From Thermoanaerobaculia bacterium (GTDB lineage Bacteria; Acidobacteriota; Thermoanaerobaculia; Multivoradales; JAHEKO01): a stretch of DNA of 64,000 bases. A program made the position numbers and the translations under genes. Positions 48,700 to 57,464 of the stretch are shown one piece after another. The DNA lies in the NCBI GenBank assembly GCA_050747865.1, contig JBOGJI010000236.1, positions 11,120 to 75,119 of the forward strand, read 5' to 3'. Numbering within the stretch: position 1 is the first letter of the stretch; each line of letters begins with the position of its first letter. A model generated the notes under the pieces. It made no database searches. It had not been told where the DNA came from and worked only from the letters and a program-made list of their open reading frames with translations.

Positions 48700-50092
48700 C
48701 CGCGGCCGGCACCTGTCGGGTTGGCTGTGCGCCGGCCTGTCGGCCGTGGCGCTGCTGGCGCCGACGGCCCCGGCGGCGGCGCAGGACGGCGTCTGGGCGC
48801 TGGCGGAGCGTCTGACCGCGATCGGGCCGCGGGTCCCGGGTAGCGTGGAGAGCCGCACGGCTCGCCGCCTGCTGCTCGACGCGATGGCAGCCGGGGGGCT
48901 CGAGGATCTGGCCGCCTGGCAGACTCCCGGCGATCCCCCGGTGGTCAATCTGACCGGTGTGGTGCCCGGCGCCGGCGGCCCGGAGGTCCTGCTCACGGCC
49001 CATTACGACACGGTGGCGGACAGCCCCGGCGCGCTCGACGACGCGGCGGGCTGCGCGGTGGCGATCCGCGCGGCCGAGCGCCTGGTCGGCAGCGGTGTCA
49101 GGCTCGCCGTCCGGGTCGTCCTCTTCGACGCCGAGGAGGGGGGGCTGCACGGCAGTCGGGCGTACGTCGAGTCCCTGGCCGGCAGGCCGGAGATCGCCGC
49201 GGTGCTGAATCTGGACAGCCTCGGATCCCGCAAGGCGAGGCGCGCGGTCGTGCACGTGGCGCCGCCCGCCGCGGATGCCGCGCTGGCGCCCCCGGCCTGG
49301 CTGGTCGACGCCGCGCTCACGGCGGCGAAGCGCTCGCGCTTCCCGCTCGAAGTGGGGGAGGCGACCCTGGCGGTCCCGGGCCAGCTCGTGGAGCGCTACG
49401 GCCGCCTCGCCTACGCCAGCGACGCCTCTACTTTCCTCGCCGCCGGGCTGCCGGCGGTCCTGCTCTCCGACGCGACACTCACCGATCTGGGACCGGGGGT
49501 GCACACGCCCGCCGACACCGCCAGGCAGCTCGAGGCCGAGCGTCTGGAGGAGTGGCGCGACTTCGTCGTCGCGCTGGTGGAGGAGATCGACGCCAGGGGT
49601 CCACGGCCGGCGGAGCAGCCGGCGGAGCGGCAGTACCTCGTCGTCGCCGGACACCTGTGGACGCGCCCGTTCCTGTGGCTGGTCGGGGGCCTCTTGGGGG
49701 CGACCCTGGCGGGGCGGGTGCTGCGCCTGCGTCCGAACCCGGCGCCGGCGCGGCGGGGCGCCGCGGCGCTGGCGTTTCTCGCCCTCGCCGCGCTGGCCTG
49801 GGTGGTCTCGCCGCTCGCCTCAGCGGTGCTGCTGACCCCGGCGATGCTCATCGGCATCGTCGCCCCGCGGCCGATCGGCCGGGGTATTCCCGGCCTCGTC
49901 GGTGGCGTCCTGCCCACCCTCGTGCTGGCCGGCCTCGGGGTTTGGACGCTGGCGGCCGGCCATGTCTTCGGCCCGGGTCCGGAGGCCTGGAGGCTGCTCC
50001 CCGCGCTGGCCGCGGTCGCGGTCTACGGCGCCTGGAGATGGAGCGTCAGCGCCCCCGCCACTGCGCGGGGCGCTTCTCGAGAAACGCCTTGA
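48686..50092 (+). CDS. M28-family metallopeptidase domain fused to a C-terminal multi-TM domain
   Basis: ~468 aa from the ATG at 48686 (MGCRSRG). Signal peptide; zinc ligands in LLTAHYDTVADSPGALDDAAGCAV and FDAEEGG; ~5 C-terminal TM helices. Overlaps the bEBP stop by 14 nt. Confidence 0.65.
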   Translation: MGCRSRGRHLSGWLCAGLSAVALLAPTAPAAAQDGVWALAERLTAIGPRVPGSVESRTARRLLLDAMAAGGLEDLAAWQTPGDPPVVNLTGVVPGAGGPEVLLTAHYDTVADSPGALDDAAGCAVAIRAAERLVGSGVRLAVRVVLFDAEEGGLHGSRAYVESLAGRPEIAAVLNLDSLGSRKARRAVVHVAPPAADAALAPPAWLVDAALTAAKRSRFPLEVGEATLAVPGQLVERYGRLAYASDASTFLAAGLPAVLLSDATLTDLGPGVHTPADTARQLEAERLEEWRDFVVALVEEIDARGPRPAEQPAERQYLVVAGHLWTRPFLWLVGGLLGATLAGRVLRLRPNPAPARRGAAALAFLALAALAWVVSPLASAVLLTPAMLIGIVAPRPIGRGIPGLVGGVLPTLVLAGLGVWTLAAGHVFGPGPEAWRLLPALAAVAVYGAWRWSVSAPATARGASRETP

Positions 50093-50822
50093 CGCCCTCC
50101 CGCATGTCGTCGGTCGAGAAGCACAGGCAGAAGAGGTCCCGCTCGTAGGCCAGGCCGTCGGCGAGCGGCAGGCGCTCGGCGGCGCGCACCGCCTGCTTCG
50201 CCACCTTCAGGGTCAGCGGGCTCATGGCCGCGACCTTGGCCGCCAGGGCCAGGGTCCTCTCCCTGAGCTCGGCGGCCGGCACCACCATCTCGACCAGGCC
50301 GATCGATGCCGCCTCGACGGCGTCGATCATCTCCCCCGACAGCACCAGGCGTAGAGTCTGCCCGGTGCCGATCAGGCGCGGCAGGCGCTGGGTGCCGCCG
50401 CCGCCGGGGATCAGCCCCAGCTTGATCTCGGGCTGCCCGAAGCGCGCCGTCTCGGCGGCGATGCGCAGGTCGCAGGAGGCGGCCAGCTCGCAGCCGCCGC
50501 CCAGACAGAAGCCCTGGATCATGGCGATGACCGGCTTCGGGTATTCGGCCATGACGTCGAAGATGCGCGGGCTCGCCATGGCCTGGCGCTGGTCCATCGG
50601 CGTGCGGCCGTCGAACTCGCCGATATCGGCGCCGGCAATAAACGCCTTCTCCCCGGTGCCGGTCAAGACCACGCAGCCGACCGAGTCGTCCTCCTCGATC
50701 TCCGCCAGCAGCTCCAGGGCGCGGTCGCGCACCTCCTGGTTGAGCGCATTCAGCTTGTCCGGACGGTTGACGGTGAGGATCGCGACCCGTCCCTCCTGCT
50801 CTTTCAGCACCACGTCCGACAT
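50046..50822 (-). CDS. Enoyl-CoA hydratase/isomerase (crotonase) family protein
   Basis: 258 aa. Oxyanion-hole and catalytic motifs FIAGADI ... GGGCELAASCDLRIAAE ... KLGLIPGGGGTQRL. Confidence 0.85.
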   Translation of the reverse strand: MSDVVLKEQEGRVAILTVNRPDKLNALNQEVRDRALELLAEIEEDDSVGCVVLTGTGEKAFIAGADIGEFDGRTPMDQRQAMASPRIFDVMAEYPKPVIAMIQGFCLGGGCELAASCDLRIAAETARFGQPEIKLGLIPGGGGTQRLPRLIGTGQTLRLVLSGEMIDAVEAASIGLVEMVVPAAELRERTLALAAKVAAMSPLTLKVAKQAVRAAERLPLADGLAYERDLFCLCFSTDDMREGVKAFLEKRPAQWRGR

Positions 50823-50846
50823 ATCGTCTCCTCTCTTTCGACTCCC

Positions 50847-51617
50847 TTAGCGATGGCGCCACGAGGGCGGCCGCTTCTGCCGGAAGGCCATCAGGCCCTC
50901 CTCCATGTCTTCGATCCGCGTGAGCTCCTGCAGATAGAGGCGCTCGCACTCGGCGACCGCCTGCCCGTGCGACTCTTCCTCGCCGGCGCGCACGGCCCGC
51001 TTGATGAGCCGCGCCACCGGCCGGCTGGCGGCCAGCAGCTCGCCGGTGAGCCGTTCGAGGCCGGCCTCGAACTGGCCGGCCGGGGCGAGGCGCTGGACCA
51101 TCCCGATCCGCGCCGCCTCGCGGCCGTCGAGCTCCCGTCCGGTGACCAGGAGATCGAGCGCGGCGCCGGGCCCGATCCGGCGCGGATAGAGGGCGGCGGC
51201 GTAGGGGGGAAAGCAGCCCAGCTTCACCTCCGGCTGGCCGAGCCGCGCGTCCTCCTCGGCCAGGACCAGGTCGCAGGCGGCGGCCAGCTCCAGCCCGCCT
51301 CCCAGGCAATAGCCTTGTACGGCGGCCAGGGTCAAGGCGGGCAGGGCCCGCAGGCGCTCCAGGGCGGCGTGGAAGCGGGTGAGCATCTCGGCAATGCGCT
51401 CGGCGACGTGGTCGTCGACCGCCACCCCGGCGGAGAAGGCGCGGGGTGAGGCGGAGCGCAGCACCAGCAGCTGCAGCTCGTCGTCGGTCGTCAGCTCGGC
51501 GACCGTGTCGCCCAGCTTTTGCAGTGTCGCGAGATCGAGGATGTTGAGCGGCGGCCGATCGAGGATCAGGGTCGCCAACCGCCCGTCCCGCTCCAGGCGC
51601 ACCGCCTCGCTCATCGT
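50847..51617 (-). CDS. Enoyl-CoA hydratase/isomerase family protein
   Basis: ~256 aa from MSEAVRLERDGRLATLILDRPPLN. GGGLELAAACDLVLAEE. The track ORF (to 52181) is 5'-extended through an alternative frame. Coordinates are +/-2 nt because of a local sequence/track discrepancy (see noticed_but_rejected). Confidence 0.75.
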   Translation of the reverse strand, partial: TMSEAVRLERDGRLATLILDRPPLNILDLATLQKLGDTVAELTTDDELQLLVLRSASPRAFSAGVAVDDHVAERIAEMLTRFHAALERLRALPALTLAAVQGYCLGGGLELAAACDLVLAEEDARLGQPEVKLGCFPPYAAALYPRRIGPGAALDLLVTGRELDGREAARIGMVQRLAPAGQFEAGLERLTGELLAASRPVARLIKRAVRAGEEESHGQAVAECERLYLQELTRIEDMEEGLMAFRQKRPPSWRHR

Positions 51618-52327
51618 CCCGCGGCAAACAGCTCGGCGGCCGCCAGGAAATCCGCGAACAGCAGGCGCTGGAGCTCCAAGGCGACGAGATTCTCCGGATG
51701 CCATTGCACCCCGCGCAGCCACCAGCCGTCCCGGGGGTCGACATCGGCGCCGGCCGCCGCCTCGACCACGCCGTCCGCCGCGGTGGCCAGGACGGTGAGC
51801 TCCGGCGCCACGCGGCGCAGGGCCTGATGATGGCGGGTATTGACCTGCGGCTTGGTTTCGCCGTCGCGGCGCAGCCGGTCGGCCAGGGGATGGCCGACGG
51901 CGGCGGCGTGCACGGTATGGGACAGCGCGTCGCGCGGCCCCTTGAGGTCGTGCCGCAGGGCTCCCGGCACCTGGACGCCCAGGTCCTGCCACAGCGAGCC
52001 GCCGAGGAAGACGTTGAGCACCTGCAGGCCGCGGCAGATCGCCCACACCGGCACGCGCTCGCCCCGCGCCGCCTCCAGGGCCTCCCACTCGACGCGATCG
52101 AGCTCGGGCAGGAGCTTGAGGCCGGCGTCGTGGAGCGGCTCCTCGCCGTAGCGCTGCGGCTCCACGTCCGGCCCGCCGCACAGCACCACCCCGGCTGCCT
52201 CGACGACCCGCCGTCCCGCCCCTTCCGCCTCCTGCGGCGTGATCACGTCCGCCTGCAGGCCGTCCAGCCCGCCGGCGGCCAGCGCCGCCAGATACGGCTC
52301 GGCGTGCTCCCGGTCCTCACAGACCAT
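51611..52327 (-). CDS. Class I glutamine amidotransferase-like hydrolase (peptidase C26, gamma-glutamyl-GABA hydrolase PuuD-like)
   Basis: 238 aa from the ATG at 52327 (MVCEDRE). Nucleophile elbow AICRGLQ and C-terminal HPE (VQWHPEN). Confidence 0.7.
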   Translation of the reverse strand: MVCEDREHAEPYLAALAAGGLDGLQADVITPQEAEGAGRRVVEAAGVVLCGGPDVEPQRYGEEPLHDAGLKLLPELDRVEWEALEAARGERVPVWAICRGLQVLNVFLGGSLWQDLGVQVPGALRHDLKGPRDALSHTVHAAAVGHPLADRLRRDGETKPQVNTRHHQALRRVAPELTVLATAADGVVEAAAGADVDPRDGWWLRGVQWHPENLVALELQRLLFADFLAAAELFAAGR

Positions 52328-52341
52328 GGCGATGGAGCGTC

Positions 52342-53565
52342 TCACGCGCTCACCTCGCCGGCCGGCGTCCGCTCCACCAGCGCCGCGAGCCCCATGCCGC
52401 CCGAGACGCAAAGCGTCGCGATGCCCAGACGGCCGCCGCGCCGCGCCATGCCATGCAGCAGGGTGACCAGGATGCGGGTGCCGGTGCAGCCGATCGGATG
52501 GCCCAGGGCGATGGCGCCCCCGTCCGGGTTGACCCGCGCGCGATCGAATGGCAGCTCCTCGAGGCAGGCCAGCACCTGGCTGGCGAACGCCTCGTTGAGC
52601 TCCACCTCGTCGATCGCCTCGATGTCCAGCTCGTTGCGTTCGAGCAGCCGCCGCACCGCCGGCACCGGCCCGATCCCCATGATACGCGGATCGACGCCGA
52701 CCTCGACCCAGTCGAGCAGCCGCCCTGCCTCCACCACCCCGTGTCCCTCCGCGGCCTCGCGGCGGGCCACCAGCACGGCCGCGGCCCCGTCGGTGATCCC
52801 CGAGGCGTTGCCCGCCGTCACCGTGCCCGACTCCCGCGGTGTTCTCCGGAATACCGCCGGCAGCTTGGCCAGGCTCTCCAGCGTGACGGCGTCCCGCGGA
52901 TGCTCGTCCCGATCGACCACCGTCTCCCCCTTGCGCCCCGCCACCGTCACCGGCACGATCTCGCCGGCGAACCGCCCCTCGGCCCGCGCCCGCTCGCACC
53001 GGCGCTGGCTCTCCAAGGCGTATTCGTCGCTCGCCAGCCGATCGATCCCCGCCTCCATGGCCAACTCCTCGGCGGTTTCGCCCATCACCAGCTCGGAGAG
53101 CGGATCGCAGAACCCGTCCCGGTACATCCCGTCCACGATCTCCTGATTGCCCAGCCGGTACCCCCAACGCGCCCGCGGCAGCAGATACGGTGTGTTCGAC
53201 ATCGACTCCGTACCCCCGGCGAGCACCACGTCCGCCTCCCCCAACCGGATCGCTCGCGCCGCCGAGAACACCGCCTGCAACCCCGACCCGCAGGCCTGAT
53301 TCACCGTGTACGCCGGCCGCTCCACCGGCACCCCCGCCCGATATGCGATCTGCCGCGCCGTGTTCGGCCCACCCCCGGCCTGCCGCGCATGCCCGAAGAT
53401 CACCCGATCCACTCTCTCCGGCCCCACCCCCGCCCGCTCCAGACAGGCCCGCGCCGCCGCCGTCCCCAGATCCGCCGCCGACAGCTCCGCCAATACCCCC
53501 CCGAACTTCCCGATCGGAGTCCGCACCGGCGCAACAAGAACCAGGTCGCCGGCGGAGCGCGTCAC
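52342..53565 (-). CDS. Acetyl-CoA C-acyltransferase (thiolase II)
   Basis: 407 aa from the GTG at 53565. Acyl-Cys motif NQACGSGLQAV; VAPVRTPIGKFGG; GHPIGCTG; CVSGGMG. Confidence 0.85.
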   Translation of the reverse strand: MTRSAGDLVLVAPVRTPIGKFGGVLAELSAADLGTAAARACLERAGVGPERVDRVIFGHARQAGGGPNTARQIAYRAGVPVERPAYTVNQACGSGLQAVFSAARAIRLGEADVVLAGGTESMSNTPYLLPRARWGYRLGNQEIVDGMYRDGFCDPLSELVMGETAEELAMEAGIDRLASDEYALESQRRCERARAEGRFAGEIVPVTVAGRKGETVVDRDEHPRDAVTLESLAKLPAVFRRTPRESGTVTAGNASGITDGAAAVLVARREAAEGHGVVEAGRLLDWVEVGVDPRIMGIGPVPAVRRLLERNELDIEAIDEVELNEAFASQVLACLEELPFDRARVNPDGGAIALGHPIGCTGTRILVTLLHGMARRGGRLGIATLCVSGGMGLAALVERTPAGEVSA

Positions 53566-55028
53566 CGACCCACCCAGACGGACTTGGTCTCGGTGTAGAA
53601 GGACAGGGCCTCGCGGCCCAGCTCGCGGCCGAAGCCGGACTGCTTGTAGCCGCCGAAGGGAGCCCCCGGGTCGTACCAGTTGTACTGGTTGATCCACACG
53701 GTGCCGGCCTCGAGCAGACGCGCCGCGCGATGGGCCTTGCCGATGTCGCGCGTCCAGACGCCGGCGGCGAGCCCGTAGATGGAGGCGTTGGCCTGGGCGA
53801 TCGCCTCCTCGACGTCGTCGAAGGCGATGGTCACCAGCACCGGCCCGAAGATTTCCTCGCGGGCCACCGTCATGTCGTTGGAGACACCGTCCAGGATCGT
53901 CGGCAACATGAAATGCCCCTTGCCGTCGACCGACGCCGCCTCGCCGCCGACCACCACCTCGGCGCCCTCCTCGCGCCCGGCCGCCACATAGCCGAGCACG
54001 CTCTCCCGCTGGCGCGCCGAGACCAGGGAGCCGAGCCGCGTCTTGGGATCCAGCGGATCGGCGGGCGCCAGGCGGCTCGTCCGCTCGATGAGCTTGTCGA
54101 GCAGCTCGTCGTGCACGCTGCGCTCGACGAACAGGCGGGAGCCAGCGGCGCAGACCTCGCCCTTGCCGTAGAAGATGCCGTTGTAGGCGCCCTTGACCGC
54201 GGCGTCGAGGTCGGCGTCGGCGAAGACGATGTTCGGCGACTTGCCGCCCAGCTCCAGGGTCAGGCGCTTGACCGTCTCGGCGGCGTCGCGCATCACCTGC
54301 TGGCCGACCTGGGTCGAGCCGGTGAACGTCACCTTGGCGACCTGCGGGTGGCGGCAGAGCGCCCCGCCCGCCTCCGACCCCGAGCCGGGCAGCACGTTGA
54401 GCACGCCCGCTGGCAGGCCGGCCTCCACGGCGAGCTCGGCGAACCGCAAGGCGGTCAGCGGCGTGTAGCTCGCCGGCTTGTGGATCACCGTGTTGCCGCA
54501 GGCCAGAGCCGGCGCGATCTTCCACGCCGCCTGGATGAGCGGGAAGTTCCAGGGAGTGATCGCCGCCACCACGCCCATGGGCTCGCGCAGCGTGTAGGCG
54601 AGCTCGAACGGCCCGTCCACGGCCATCGCCTCACCGGTGATCTTGTCCGCCCAGCCGGCGAAGTAGCGCAGGCAGTTGATGACCATCGGCAGGTCGACGT
54701 AGCGCGACTCGAAGATCGGCTTGCCGTTGTCGAGGGTCTCGAGCCGCGCCAGCTCGTCGATCCGCGCCTCGACCGTGTCGGCGATGCGCCACAGCAGCTC
54801 GCCGCGCTGGCGCCCGGAGAGCTTGGCCCAGTCGCCGGTGAGCGCCTCGCGCGCGGCGCTCACCGCGCGGTCGACATCCGCCGCCGAGGCCGCGGCGACC
54901 TCGCACAGCGGCTCCTCGGTCGCCGGGTTCTCGGTGACGAAGCTGCCCCCCGTGGGCTCGACCCACTCGCCGCCGACGAACAGCTTGGGCGGCGGGTAGG
55001 CTGGAGATGCGGCCGTATCCACGCTCAT
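53562..55028 (-). CDS. NAD(P)-dependent aldehyde dehydrogenase
   Basis: ALDH family (FTGSTQVG, ELGGKSP, catalytic C in GEVCAAG). The start is preferred at 55028 (MSVDTAAS), which has an AGGAGA SD. The track ORF begins at 55049. Confidence 0.85.
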   Translation of the reverse strand: MSVDTAASPAYPPPKLFVGGEWVEPTGGSFVTENPATEEPLCEVAAASAADVDRAVSAAREALTGDWAKLSGRQRGELLWRIADTVEARIDELARLETLDNGKPIFESRYVDLPMVINCLRYFAGWADKITGEAMAVDGPFELAYTLREPMGVVAAITPWNFPLIQAAWKIAPALACGNTVIHKPASYTPLTALRFAELAVEAGLPAGVLNVLPGSGSEAGGALCRHPQVAKVTFTGSTQVGQQVMRDAAETVKRLTLELGGKSPNIVFADADLDAAVKGAYNGIFYGKGEVCAAGSRLFVERSVHDELLDKLIERTSRLAPADPLDPKTRLGSLVSARQRESVLGYVAAGREEGAEVVVGGEAASVDGKGHFMLPTILDGVSNDMTVAREEIFGPVLVTIAFDDVEEAIAQANASIYGLAAGVWTRDIGKAHRAARLLEAGTVWINQYNWYDPGAPFGGYKQSGFGRELGREALSFYTETKSVWVGR

Positions 55029-55126
55029 CTTCTGCACACCTCTCCTCATTGTACCGGCCGGCGGGCACCGCGCGGCGAAGCCGCGTGGCCCGTCGGCCGT
55101 CTCTTCGGCCGAGACAAGCTCGGCCG

Positions 55127-55951
55127 CTACGCTCCCTTGAACTCGGGAGCGCGCTTGTCGATGTAGGCCGCCAGCCCTTCCTTGGCGTCGCCGCTGGTGA
55201 ACAGCTGCTGCTGCAGCTCGCGCTCGATGGCGAGCCCGCTCTCGAACGGGACCTCCCAGCCGGACTGCACCGAGCGCTTGATGCGGCCGACCGCCTTGGC
55301 GGCCTTGCCGGGCGGGCAGAACTGCCGGGCGAAAGCCTGGACCTGATCCAGGAAGTCATCGCCGTCGAAGATGCGGTTGACGATCCCCAGCTCCTCGCCG
55401 CGTTCGTACGAGACCAGCTCGCCGCTGACCATCAAGTCGATGGCGCGCGACTTGCCGACGATGCGCGACAGGCGCTGTGTGCCGCCGGTGCCGGGCAGGA
55501 CGCCGAGGTTGATCTCCGGCAGCCCCAGCTTGCCGCTGCCCTTCCTGGCGATGCGCAGGTCGGCGGCCATCGCGATCTCCAGCCCGCCGCCCACGGTGTG
55601 GCCGTTCAGGGCCGCGATCACCAGCTTCGGAGTCTGCTCCAGACGGTTCAGGGTCTCGTTGGCGTGCAGGCAGAAGTAGTACTTGAAGGTCGGATCGGAC
55701 TCCTTGAGCATGGCGATGTTGGCGCCGGCGCAGAAGAACTTCTCCCCGGAGCCGGTGAGCACGATCACGTGGACGTCGTTGTCGAACCGCGCCTCCAGGA
55801 TGGCGGCGTCGAGCTGCCGCATCATCTCGTGGGTGTAGGTGTTGGCGGGCGGGTCGTCGAGGGTCAGCCACGCGACCCCCTCCCGGACTTCGTAGTGCAC
55901 CAGCGTGCGCGGTTCCTGGCTCATATCGGCAGTCGGCTCGGCCATCGTCAC
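55127..55951 (-). CDS. Enoyl-CoA hydratase/isomerase family protein
   Basis: 274 aa. FCAGANI ... GGGLEIAMAADLRIA ... INLGVLPGTGGTQRL. Confidence 0.85.
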   Translation of the reverse strand: MTMAEPTADMSQEPRTLVHYEVREGVAWLTLDDPPANTYTHEMMRQLDAAILEARFDNDVHVIVLTGSGEKFFCAGANIAMLKESDPTFKYYFCLHANETLNRLEQTPKLVIAALNGHTVGGGLEIAMAADLRIARKGSGKLGLPEINLGVLPGTGGTQRLSRIVGKSRAIDLMVSGELVSYERGEELGIVNRIFDGDDFLDQVQAFARQFCPPGKAAKAVGRIKRSVQSGWEVPFESGLAIERELQQQLFTSGDAKEGLAAYIDKRAPEFKGA

Positions 55952-56136
55952 TCCTCGAACAGCGGGTTGAATGTTGGAACTAGGGTTTCAGCAACTGGGC
56001 CCTGAGCAGCCCGGCTTGAGAGCCATTGTGTCATGGCACCGGGCGGTGCGGCAACCGAAGCGGATACCGTCAGCAACGGTTCGCGAGGCGTGATACGGCG
56101 TGTTGAGGGCTTCGATTCCCTGGCGCGGGGCGGATG

Positions 56137-57414
56137 TCACGCCAGGACCTGCACCTCGGGGATGGCGACCACGAACTGGCCTCCCCATTCTTGTACGCCC
56201 GACATCTGCTCGACCACCTCGTCCCTGAGGTTCCAGGGCAGGATCAGGATGTAGTCGGGCCGGGTGTCGAAGATGCGCTCGGGCGGATGGATCGGAATGC
56301 GTGTCCCGGGGAGCAGGTGTCCCTGCTTGTGCGGCGAGATATCGACCGTGTAGTCGAGGGTCTCGACCCCGATTCCGCAATAGTTGAGCAAGGTGTTCCC
56401 TTTCGCCGGAGCGCCATAGCCGACGATGCGTTTACCTTCCCCCTTTGCCTTTGCCAGGAAGCCCAGGAGCTTGCGCTTGGTCGCCCGCACCCGCGCGTCG
56501 AAGGCGCGATAGGTCTCGAGGTCCGCGAGCCCGAACGTCTCCTCGCGCGCCAGCAGCTCGACCACCCTCTCTCCCCCCTGCCCGGGCTCATCGTCCGCTC
56601 CCTCGCCGGCGCGCCGCGCGTAGATGCGCAGCGATCCGCCATGGGTATGTAGCTCCTCGACGTCGAACACTTCCAGCCCGTGATGCGCGAGGACCCGGCG
56701 CACCGTGCCGAAGGAGAAGTACGAATAGTGCTCGTGATAGATGGTGTCGAACTGATTCTCCGCCATCAGCCGCATCAGGTGCGGGAACTCCATCGTCAGC
56801 ACGCCTTGCTCCGCGAGCACGGTGCTCAGGCCGCCGACGAAGTTGTTGAGGTCCGGCACGTGAGCCAGCACATTGTTGCCGATCAGGAGATCCGCCCGCC
56901 ACCCCTCGGCCGCCAGCTCCCGTGCTATGGCCTCGTCAAAGAAGCGCACTCGCGTCGGGACTCCCGCCTCCTCCGCCGCCCGCGCGACGTTCGCCGCAGG
57001 CTCGATACCGAGCACGGGGACGCCGCGATCGCGGAAGGAGCGCAGCAGGTAGCCGTCGTTGCTCGCCACCTCCACCACCCGTGACGTGGCGTCGTAGCGG
57101 AAGCGCTCGATCATCGAATCGACGAAGTTCTGCGCATGCTCGAGCCACGTGCGCGAATACGAGGAGAAATACGCGTATTCGCTGAACAGCTCCTGTGGCT
57201 TCAAGACCTCAAGGATTTGTACCAGGTAGCAGGAGCCGCAGACATAGGCGACCAGCGGGTAGAAGACATCGGGCAAGTGCGCCTTCTCGGGTGGCACGTA
57301 GGCATTCGCCGGCGGCGACAGCCCCAGGTCGGCGAACGTCTCGGTCAACTCGGCGCAGCAGAAGCGGCAAAACTTCTCGATCACAACCACAAAGTTACAA
57401 CTACGACCAAGCAA
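56137..57414 (-). CDS. Zinc-ribbon C-methyltransferase (Methyltransf_13/14 family, NDP-hexose C-methyltransferase-like)
   Basis: N-terminal CxxC...CxxC (CRFCCAEL ... CGSCYLVQ), a class I SAM-MT core (VVEVASNDG) and the C-methyltransferase C-terminal domain. The probable true start is GTG at 57384 (M-IEKFCRFC) rather than the track TTG at 57414. Confidence 0.65.
   Translation of the reverse strand: MLGRSCNFVVVIEKFCRFCCAELTETFADLGLSPPANAYVPPEKAHLPDVFYPLVAYVCGSCYLVQILEVLKPQELFSEYAYFSSYSRTWLEHAQNFVDSMIERFRYDATSRVVEVASNDGYLLRSFRDRGVPVLGIEPAANVARAAEEAGVPTRVRFFDEAIARELAAEGWRADLLIGNNVLAHVPDLNNFVGGLSTVLAEQGVLTMEFPHLMRLMAENQFDTIYHEHYSYFSFGTVRRVLAHHGLEVFDVEELHTHGGSLRIYARRAGEGADDEPGQGGERVVELLAREETFGLADLETYRAFDARVRATKRKLLGFLAKAKGEGKRIVGYGAPAKGNTLLNYCGIGVETLDYTVDISPHKQGHLLPGTRIPIHPPERIFDTRPDYILILPWNLRDEVVEQMSGVQEWGGQFVVAIPEVQVLA
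57383..57403 (-). promoter_or_regulatory. Direct-repeat motif copy 1 (minus strand TAGTTGT-N7-TGGTTGT; start codon GTG formed by the last heptad)
   Basis: Plus strand ACAACCAcaaagttACAACTA. See the findings section. Confidence 0.4.
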
Positions 57415-57464
57415 GGGTCAAGAGCCGATGGACGCGAACGCGTGCCGCGGTCACGGTCTCGCGC

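Noticed and set aside
51541-51720. Apparent compensating +1/-1 indel pair in the printed sequence relative to the ORF track (an extra G at the 51540/51541 line junction and a missing C at 51720/51721)
   Set aside because: Translating the printed bases puts positions 51541-51720 one nucleotide out of frame for the track ORFs 50847..52181, 51611..53167 and 51379..51798. All three read through in the track. The two changes sit exactly at line boundaries and cancel out, so this was treated as a transcription artefact rather than genuine frameshifts or pseudogenes. Coordinates of the two affected genes are given to +/-2 nt.
55990-56050. sigma54-like -24/-12 element TGGCACcgggcggTGCg upstream of the beta-oxidation-like operon
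   Set aside because: It is on the plus strand, the wrong orientation for the minus-strand operon. The spacing is 11 rather than 10 and the -12 element is GTGC rather than TTGC. Not called.
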